Shown: positions 38,145 through 46,509 of the stretch, piece after piece
Numbering within the stretch: position 1 is the stretch's first letter
Layout: each line of letters opens with the position of its first letter
Assembly: GCA_013265495.1 (NCBI GenBank)
Contig: MU058066.1
Span: 1 to 46,509 of the forward strand
Length of the DNA: 46,509 bases
Reading direction: 5' to 3'
DNA from: Vicugna vicugna
Lineage: Eukaryota
Notes under the pieces: generated by a model
Seen by the model: the letters and a program-made list of their open reading frames with translations, nothing else
Database searches by the model: none
What the model was told of the DNA's origin: nothing
Position numbers and translations under genes: made by a program

Positions 38145-38217
38145 GAAAAGAGAAGTTACTGCTAGACCCACTGCTCACCAGAAAAGGCCAACCAGCCCAT
38201 CAGTACGGAAGCACTAA
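38145..38217 (+). CDS. CD46: CD46-like last coding exon (CYT2-type tail): (R)KREVTARPTAHQKRPTSPSVRKH*
   Basis: Strong acceptor (TTTTGTCTTGTCTTACAG), phase 2 matching the TM2 donor, 23 further codons to TAA, the length of CD46 CYT2. Confidence 0.88.
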
Positions 38218-38289
38218 TTGTTTTCTACAAACCTGAACATCAATTTATCTTTTGAGTCAGTTAATATATTAAGATCTACAGTAAATTTA

Positions 38290-39250
38290 TACAACTATGG
38301 AAAACAGTATGTAGATTCCTCAAAACTTAAAAAATGGAATCACCATATGATCCAGCAATTTCAGTATAGGTATGTCAGAAGGAAACAAAATCTTCCACAT
38401 GGAAGAGATAACTGCACCTCCCTGTGTATGGCAGCAATATTTACAATAACCGAGATTACCTCTATCGATAAATGAATGGATAAAGAAAATGTGAGATATA
38501 TATATAGGTGTATATATATATATATATATGTAAAATATATATATATATAAAAGCACACATACACACACATATACACATACACATATGCATACATACATAG
38601 GGTGGAATGCTATTTGGCCATGAAAAAGAAGGAAATCCTTCCATTTGTGACAACACTTACATACCTTCATGACATTACGCTAAGTGAATGAATCATACAC
38701 AAAGAGACATATACTGCATAGTCTCACTTATATGTGGAATCCAAAAGTCCATGCTCATAGAAAAAGAAATCAGATTTCTGGTTGCCAAAGGTAAAGGGTC
38801 TTAGAGGGTGGAGGAATTGGGTAAAGAGGTTCAAAAAGTACAAATTTCCAGTTATCAGGTAAACAAGTACTAAGATATAATGCACAGGTGGTGACTGTAA
38901 TTAGAATGCTGTATTGTATACCTCTGACACTCTGTACCCGACAGTTCTTCATCCCTGGATAAGGAGGGCTGCTTGTACTATGCCTTATACAAGGGACTTG
39001 AGCATTTAGATTTTTATTTGTAGGGGAAGTGGGTAGGGATCTGGAACCAATCCCCTCTCAGATGTCAGGGAATAACTGCATTGGCAAGTTGTTAAGAAAG
39101 TAGGTCTTAAAAGTTCTGATCACAAAGAAGAAAATAAATTTGGGGGGTAACTCTGTGAGGTGATAGATGTTAAGAAATTTAGTGTGGTAATCATTTCACA
39201 ATATATACATTACCAACTCATGCTGGACACTTTGATCTTACACAGTGTTA
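38290..39250 (+). mobile_element. L1 3'-end fragment in the presumptive 3'UTR, with TA/CA microsatellite (~38496-38598)
   Basis: ACTATGGAAAACAGTATG...CCATATGATCCAGCAATT...CTCACTTATATGTGGAATC. Confidence 0.8.
38942..39078. mobile_element. Short Tigger-family (MER2/MER46-like) MITE
   Basis: AAGGGACTTGAGCAT...CTGGAACCAATCCCCTCTCAGATGTCAGGGAATAACTG end typical of TcMar-Tigger derivatives. Confidence 0.6.
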
Positions 39251-39252
39251 TC

Positions 39253-39707
39253 CAGGCATATCTCGTTTTGTTGTCATTAACTTTGATGTGCTTTGCAGAT
39301 ACTACATTTTTTACAAATTATAGGCTCGTGGCAGTCTTGCATCAGCAAGTTTATTGGTGCCATCTTTCCAAAAATATTTCCTCCTTCTGTGTCTCTGTGT
39401 CACATTTTGGTCATTCTTGCAGTATTTCAGATTTTTATTATTATTCTGTTTGCTACAGTGATCTGTGTTCAGTTATCTTTCATGTCACTGCCTAGACTCA
39501 CTGAAGGCTCAGATAATAATTAGCAGTTTTAGCAGCAAATTATTTTTCATTAAGGTGTGTATGTTGTTTTTTAGACATAATGCTTTTGCACGCTTAATAG
39601 ATTAAACATAAAACTGGGAAACCAAACCATATGATTTGCTTTATTGCAATGCCTATTTTAGTGCAGTGGTCTAGAGTCAAACCCACAGTATCTCCGAGGT
39701 ATGCCTG
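39253..39707 (+). mobile_element. Internally deleted Tigger1-like DNA transposon
   Basis: Terminal inverted repeats CAGGCATATCTCG ... CGAGGTATGCCTG followed by TA. Tigger1-like body. Confidence 0.88.
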
Positions 39708-41563
39708 TATGTCAATTATATCTTAATGAAAGCAGAAGGAAAAAAAAATCTACAAATGTAATTCTCTAGATCTTTTTACTCCCATGAATGTGAATGTTAA
39801 CATTTTACTGTGGCTTGAATGTAGTCACCATCCTTTCTGCTTCTCTGAATCATGTAGGGATTTAGGATTGAACACCTTGCCTGTTTTCCCTTAAACAACC
39901 CTTGAATTTATAGGGCAAGTCAACTCAGTGTCCCTGGTAGTAGTGAAGTGAGGGAATGGTTATTTCTTCATAAAAATCTCCAAACTTGGAGAAATACAAT
40001 TCAAAATGAAAATACATTCCATTTGTTTAAAAAAAGTGATTTTGAAACATTTTTGTTCAAAGATTAAAGCCAACTCTTAAGATGCATTCTTTAACAACCA
40101 CAAAATGTGTTTTATACACTGTTTATTATAAAAAGCCCTTACAAATATGTGTACACTATTTCATCCCATAGTCATTAAAAACAAGAACACTTAATATTGG
40201 GAATTTGAACAAGTTTGATTTCACTAAGAACATTACCAGAAAAAATACACTGAAAGTAATAAGGGAAACTTTTATTTTAGAAAACTGTTTGTAACTCCTT
40301 GATGATTTAGAGAAGCTATAAAGTTTATGTCTGGCATTTGTTCTTCATCTCTTTTGATAACAATAAGCCAGTCTGAGAAATCAAGAAGAATTCAGCCTCG
40401 GTGGCCTGCTTCTGTGAAAAGTGAGGCTGTGACACCCGTAACAGGAATGCCAGCTCAGTGAGACATGAACACTGTGGCCTTAAAAAGAATTCCTCTCTTT
40501 AAGAGAATTAGAATCCAGGCTGAATTCTGGCTCTGGTCGTTTTCTCTCCCTTCTTGAGTAAGGAGATAACTTAAACCCATCATCTGAAGGTAGGCGGTTT
40601 TGTTGCGAGTAAATTCATCAGGTAACCTCAAGGTGCAACAGAATCTTTGTCTCCGTGGGCACCTCACCTCATCTTCAAAGGGCAGAGTAAAGACTCAGCC
40701 ACGTATTTCAGAAAAGCAACCTTAACTTTGTGGACTTGCTGTCGGTCATACAAAGGGAAGGAAAGAGAAACAGCTCAGGTAGCTCTTTATCTCAGGTGGG
40801 GCAGCTCCCAGCCCCTTCTCAGTCCTCACACCAGGCAGGGCCGCTTTCAAAAAAGGAGCCACAAAGAGGAGGGGCTGCCCTCTGCCCCAAATAACATTTG
40901 TACAGGTTTTGATGTGCAGTTTTAGAGTTAGTAGCACAAATTGGGGCAAAGAAACATTGCCTTGAGAAAGATATGAGTGAATCAAGAATGGACCAGAGTA
41001 AAATAATTTTACTCCCTAAGGATCTTTTTATAAGGTCCTGTAAGTGTCCCTTCCCTTTGTAATCTCTGGTGAGGCATCTTAGGAAGATAAGTTTGAACAA
41101 AAAATAACAGGAATTCTGAATTAGAGTTGAAGTTTTGCTGTACCCATTTCACATAGCTTCCAAGAATGATGCACTTAATTAGAAGTAAGGGATGATTGTA
41201 CTATTTATTCTTTTTAATGCTAATTGAATAACTTCTGAATCAAAGATTTTATGCTTATCAAAATAAATTGAAAGTAGGTGGTTCTGCTTCAAATTTAGTG
41301 TTTTCAATTTGATATATTTATATGTGAAATCGAAATGTATGTATACTTATAAACTAAGTTCTATTTGTCAAATAATCTGTTAAATTACCTAAATAATGGG
41401 GAAACCATTTTTTCTCTATAAAATTTGCTAAAGTGAGAGAGAAAACATACATTTTAATTTAAACGTTTCTTAAAAGTGCAAGAATGTACTCTCAGTGGAA
41501 TGAAAAGTCTCATGTCTTTATAGTTCATGTTTTGAGAATTGGATTTTCAAATCTATTTAAGAA

Positions 41564-41569
41564 AATAAA
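41564..41569 (+). terminator. Candidate polyadenylation signal of the CD46-like gene
   Basis: AATAAA at the end of a long AT-rich 3'UTR-like stretch, with a GT/T-rich tract ~40 nt downstream. Other AATAAA sites exist upstream. Confidence 0.5.
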
Positions 41570-42499
41570 ATGTAGCTTTGAGAAGTTTTTATTCATGATA
41601 ATGAGTTTATTTCTGTGTGTTTTATCCCAAATCAGAGTATACTTCTACTTGGGGCCCCTCTTCTGTAAAGACTCCCCTCCCATAATCACCACTCCTGTCC
41701 CTCACATCTCAGAGCCTTAACTGTGTCCAGGCATCTCCCCCACCACATTACCTACAGCCTGAAGTCCAAGTTTCTTTCATGATACTTGAAGGATTTGTAC
41801 CATTAAGTCCCCTTTTCTTCCCAAGCTCTGTTCCTTACAGCTCACATATGGGTGAAGCATAAAATTGAGGTCTGTGGTCCATGAACTATTTTTCCTACCC
41901 TCTGGTTTATAGGCCAGCAGAAAGTGACAAAGTTGCCTTAAGTATGGACCTAAATGAGAAAGTTACCAACACTGACTGTTGATTTCATAGCCCAAGAAAA
42001 CCTGCATGAGGTGGTAAACATCCTATTAGCAGTGAAGCCAATTATGTATCTATCATTCACAACTTGAATGTAGTTTTTAGAAACAGAACTATTGTAAGAC
42101 ACACAAGAAACCTTGTGAGGGATTATCAGAAATAAGCAGGAGACCTGGCATCCTGGTGCTTAGGGCCTGTGGCTTCACTGAGAAGTTTGGAGACTAGTGT
42201 CATTTAGATGAGCACTGTATGAATATAGTACACAGGAAAGTGATCAGGCACCTGATCACTCATCACCACCTGGAAAGGGCCCAAGGAAAAATATTCCTTT
42301 AATTCTTATTGATATGGACCCAATATATGGAGAATCCATGGGTAGGATTCCATAGAAACATGAATCGCAAAATTTAGTGTGTAGGTGAATCACATGGTGA
42401 TCTCGGTAAAATGCAGATTCTAAATCAGTCAGTCTCAGGTGGGGCCCAAGGTTCTGCATTTCTATGGATTTCACACACTGGTCTGTGGAGGCTTTATAA

Positions 42500-43050
42500 A
42501 GGCCTCCTGAGATGCTGGAGTCGTAATACCTGCAAACTGTGAATGTCGCCTTATATGCAAAAGGTCTTTGGAGATGTGATCTTGGATGGGGGGATTATCC
42601 TGGATTATCCAGGCGGGGCCCTGAATGTAATCACACTTAATCCTTACCAGAAGAAGGCAGAGAGAGATTTGACTATTGCAGAAGGCAACGGGACCACTGA
42701 AGCAACACCCTACAGTGCTGGCCTTGAAGATGGAGGAAGGGGCTGCAAGACAAAAAATGCAGCTCTGGAAGCTGGAAAAGGCAAGGAAACTGATTCTGTG
42801 CCAGTACATCTGGAGGGAGCATGGCCCTGTCTGTAACTTGATTCCAGACTCTGACCTCCAGAACTGAAAGAATAGAGGTGTGCTGTTTTAGACGCTGTGA
42901 TTGTGTGAATGATCTTGGTCTCCCCAGCCTCCAAACTATGAGAAATAAATCTGCTGTTTATAAGCTGCCCTGCCTGTAGTATTATATTAAAGCAGCCCAA
43001 AGAGATTAAGACAGACACCAAGCTTGCTGTAATTTGTGACAGCAGCCACA
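42500..43050 (+). mobile_element. MaLR (MLT1-type) LTR relic(s)
   Basis: GATTATCCTGGATTATCCAGGCGGGGCCCTGAATGTAATCAC, GCTGGAAAAGGCAAGGAAAC, CTGACCTCCAGAACTG, and a second 3' end CCAGCCTCCAAACTATGAGAAATAAAT. Confidence 0.85.
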
Positions 43051-43314
43051 GCGATCTAATGCACCAATACTGGGGATCCTCAGGCCACACTTGGAGTAGA
43101 AGCAAGACCACAGAGGAGGGGCCCTCCACCCAGACTGCACAGTAGAATCACCTGGGGAAATGGTCAAACAAAAAAATGAATGTCCACAACCTATTCCTGC
43201 AAAAATATAATCAGAACCTGTAGGGGTGGGACATGAAAATCTCTATTCTAATGGCTACTTGGATGAGTGTAATCAGAGGTCGGTGCAGCAGTAGCACATT
43301 AGAATAAACACAAA

Positions 43315-44591
43315 ATATAACTTTTCTTGTACTCATGCAAAACTCTTAAATTGCCCCAAAATATGGACACACTAGTCTGCTGGGTACCCCCACAAAACTG
43401 AACACCAGCTTCTCAAAACGCAGGGCTGGGCCAACATCTTACATGAAGACATTTCATGTTCAAGATTTAGCACATTGTTTCCCCTAAGTTGGTGAAAGAT
43501 TCCTGGACTCACATTTACTAGGACTCACCAGCACTTAGTTCCAGGGATGGGAATTCTTTGCTGGCACAACATGCATGAGGCTGGCTGTGCCTTCAGTCCA
43601 ACTCCCTCTCCACTTACATGCTTACAGTAAATAAGCGGCAAAACTTACGTAAGTAGGACCCACGCCTGACAAAGCATCTTCTACCTGGGTGGGGAGAACG
43701 GCCTCGAAAGCCAGGCTCAAGATGTCTCCGGGAGAAACATTCTGCTTAACAAGTTACTAGGGAAAACCAGCTGGAATGGGCATTTTAGGTAAAGAACTGT
43801 CAGCCTCCAGATGAACAAAGAAAAATAGTTTTGTGGGAGTGGCACCTCAGTTACCTGGGGAGTGCATTTTGCTTCTCATGACCTACCCATGTGTACTGTG
43901 TAAAGTTAAGCATTCATGGGAGCACCAGAAACTACTTTTATGGAAAAGGGGCCCCATATAACTTTTCTTGTACTCATGCAAAACTCTTAAATTGCCCCAA
44001 AATATGGACACACTAGTCTGCTGGGTACCCCCACAAAACCAAATACCAGCTTCTCAAAACGCAGGGCTAGGCCAACATCTTACATGAAGACATTTCATGT
44101 TCAAGATTTAGCACATTGTTTCCCCTAAGTTGGTGGAAGATTCCTGGACTCACATTTACTAGGACTCACCAGCACTTAGTTCCAGGGATGGGAATTCTTT
44201 GCTGGCACAACATGCATGAGGCTGGCTGTGCCTTCAGTCCAACTCCCTCTCCACTTACATGCTTACAGTAAATAAGCGGCAAAACTTACGTAAGTAGGAC
44301 CCACGCCTGACAAAGCATCTTCTACCTGGGTGGGGAGAACGGCCTCGAAAGCCAGGCTCAAGATGTCTCCGGGAGAAACATTCTGCTTAACAAGTTACTA
44401 GGGAAAACCAGCTGGAATGGGCATTTTAGGTAAAGAACTGTCAGCCTCCAGATGAACAAAGAAAAATAGTTTTGTGGGAGTGGTTACCTGGGGAGTGCAT
44501 TTTGCTCCTCATGACCTACCCATGTGTACCCATGTATAAAATTAAGCATTCATGGGAGCACCAGAAACTACTTTTATGGAAAAGGGGCCCC
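43315..44591. repeat. ~640-bp direct tandem duplication (43315-43955 / 43956-44591)
   Basis: ATATAACTTTTCTTGTACTCATGCAAAACTC at 43315 and 43956. Both units end GGAAAAGGGGCCCC. Several substitutions and an 8-nt indel. Confidence 0.98.
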
Positions 44592-45009
44592 AAGTCATTG
44601 TTTTTGTGTGTTGACACCAAACTCCATCTTCTAGCACTTTCTCATTTGGGGGCTGGCGTCAGAACAACCTGCTGGCAGAATCCGTGCCTTACTCACTTTA
44701 TTGGAAATTCCTAGGCTGGAGCCTGGGACACGTAGATGCATCAAAAGTTGTTCAGTTTGTTACATCTGACCCAAAGTGGTTATGCCAACAGGTCTACATT
44801 TACCTTAGTGGAGAAGTGATAAAACAATTCAGGGTCCTAACTATTCCCGCCGCCACATCCTGGGGACATGTGACTCTTCACACAACAGCCTGAAATAGCG
44901 CTGCGGCTGCAGGGTTGAGGGGGGTCCCATTCACTGGGGAGCTAAACCAGCAGTGCTTTACCCATCCCACCCTCACTGCACCGGGCAGGGCAGGCATCTG
45001 GGAAGACTG

Positions 45010-46509
45010 GCAGGATGTGGACTCAGACAGGCTTCCCAGGTGGCTGAGATGCCACCACTTATGAAGAAGCACTGGCGTGAAATAAAAGTCCCACAGGTGC
45101 TCAGAGGTGGCCACACATCTCCTGTGCAAAAAGCTCAGTCAAGGGGACATAGAGTCCCCAAGTTTACTCCCCTGNNNNNNNNNNNNNNNNNNNNNNNNNN
45201 NNNNNNNNNNNNNNNNNNNNNNNNNNNNNNNNNNNNNNNNNNNNNNNNNNNNNNNNNNNNNNNNNNNNNNNNNNGGCTCCTGCATGTTGCACCTAAATTC
45301 GTCAGTGTTCCTCCCTCTAAGAGCCGCGCGAGCACAGGTTCAGTTAAGCCCACATTCCTGAAGGAGCGCTGACCACGGAGGTGCCGGGGCTGCAGCCCAC
45401 TGGGCACCCAGGTCCGTTTCCTCATCAGCAAGTAGCCTCCTTCGCCCAGGTCTGCAGCCCTGCTCTCTTCTGTGATCTTTTCTCATTCTGTTTTGTGGCT
45501 CATAGAATTCATTCTCATCTTAAAGGGCTACATTTTAAAACCTGTCTGCTGTAACCTACTTGATATTTTCTGTGAAGTAGGTAAGTCTGCACAGCACATT
45601 AACTTTTCAAGATCTCACTTCTCATTATCATGCAATTATGAATGGAAAATTTAACATGAAAAAAGTCATGATAAATTGAATACAGTAATACATTTATTAA
45701 GGTTAGGATGCATGGACAGACTATTCTTAACAGAGGATAATTTAACAGCAACCAATTTACAGAATTGATAGTACTACCACATTTCAGCAAACTGAGGACA
45801 TCAGGAAACTTATAGTTATTTGCTTTGAAAAATCCATTAAATGATCCATTACCTGTGCATAACATATCACAAATGCAGCTAAGGAAGTTCATAGGAAAAG
45901 CGTGATCCCCTCCCCTCTCTCTGCCCATGCATCTTCCAGGAAGCCACAGGCTGTTGCTCACCACACTTGGCATGAGACCTTGAGGCTGCTGCTTTTCCCC
46001 CTACATCATAACCGATTTCAAATGGTGCTAGACAAAATCAGACTCTGAACACCAGGAGAAATTGGTCAGCCTGTGTACGAGATGGGTCAAGTGGTGCTCC
46101 GGGGGGTCCTGCACCTTGGCAGTGCAGGTGGCAATCTGACTTCAGCTGCGACGGCACCTGCAGCTGAACATTCCAGGGCATCTAGGAGCAGGCAGACGGC
46201 GCTGATGTGGAGAGACAGTCCTCCCGGGACACATACCTCCCCCTTCCCTACTGCAATCCAGTACCCAACCCAGCATTGCCCAGTCATGCGCTCAAAGCCC
46301 TGCCAAAGCCCCACCAGGTTATTGCTGGTGGCTGCTGCTACCTGTCCTCAGAAAGATAACAACGCCTGGCCCTGCTCAATCCACCGAGTTCACTTTGGAC
46401 ACAACCCAGTCCCTGCACTGCTGCCTCCACAACCCAACACACTCAAGAGTGACTTTGCTTTTCGAGTTCATTCTTTTTTGAGCCAGCTCAGGCGGCAGGA
46501 GGAGGAGAG
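45010..46509. repeat. Segmental tandem duplication, copy B of the overlap (matches 1-1484)
   Basis: Colinear with the window start on both sides of the 100-N gap. Confidence 0.98.
45996..46083 (-). ncRNA. MIR29C: Second pre-miR-29c copy (mature 3p intact at 46009-46030; three substitutions elsewhere)
   Basis: TAACCGATTTCAAATGGTGCTA intact. Differs from copy A at 46038 (A>T), 46063 (C>T) and 46078 (A>C). Confidence 0.96.

Larger units (their letters stand above)
7517..38217 (+). pseudogene. CD46: CD46 (membrane cofactor protein)-like paralog: no CCP1 exon found and a premature stop in the CCP3 exon. Either an unprocessed pseudogene or a 2-CCP gene via exon skipping.
   Basis: Ordered exons for signal peptide, split CCP2, CCP3, CCP4, STP, U, TM1, TM2 and CYT2 with CD46-like sizes (86, 198, 183, 36 nt) and phases. 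Adjacent to miR-29c/29b-2, as CD46 is in other mammals. Confidence 0.9.

Noticed and set aside
12811..44591. CRISPR-like or other prokaryotic repeat systems
   Set aside because: The repeats are two-copy duplications or microsatellites without spacers, and the sequence is clearly mammalian.
45175..45274. The 45-kb duplication being only a scaffolding artefact at the 100-N gap
   Set aside because: Homology to the window start begins at 45010, before the gap, and carries its own substitutions. The gap corresponds to just ~89 nt in copy A. The number of units could still be mis-assembled.

Overview
Mammalian genomic DNA from a draft assembly with four N gaps. It is probably cetartiodactyl and possibly camelid, judging from the L1 3'UTR style, a bovine/porcine-like CD46 signal peptide and the absence of Alu, Bov-A/BovB, PRE1 and CAN SINEs; this assignment is tentative. 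The window spans one complete ~45.0-kb tandem duplication unit (1-1484 recurs at 45010-46509, roughly 96-97% identical by eye). The unit carries the miR-29c/miR-29b-2 cluster on the - strand and a heavily remodelled CD46 (membrane cofactor protein)-like gene on the + strand (ATG 7517, stop 38217). Ten coding exons could be delimited with canonical AG/GT boundaries and CD46-type phases. The paralog has no recognisable CCP1 exon, and its CCP3 exon has an in-frame TAA but is frame-neutral to skip. It also has a dead STP-A exon, a tyrosine-less tail, and a 7x(EKEKKEKE) in-frame expansion just after the transmembrane segment with near-perfect i/i+4 charge pairing (single-alpha-helix-like). Skipping the CCP3 exon gives an uninterrupted 311-aa SP-CCP2-CCP4-STP-TM-(E/K rod)-tail protein; otherwise it is a recent pseudogene. 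The rest is L1, MIR, MaLR and DNA-transposon relics, microsatellites and two local tandem duplications. All homology calls are from recall of known sequences, not from database searches.
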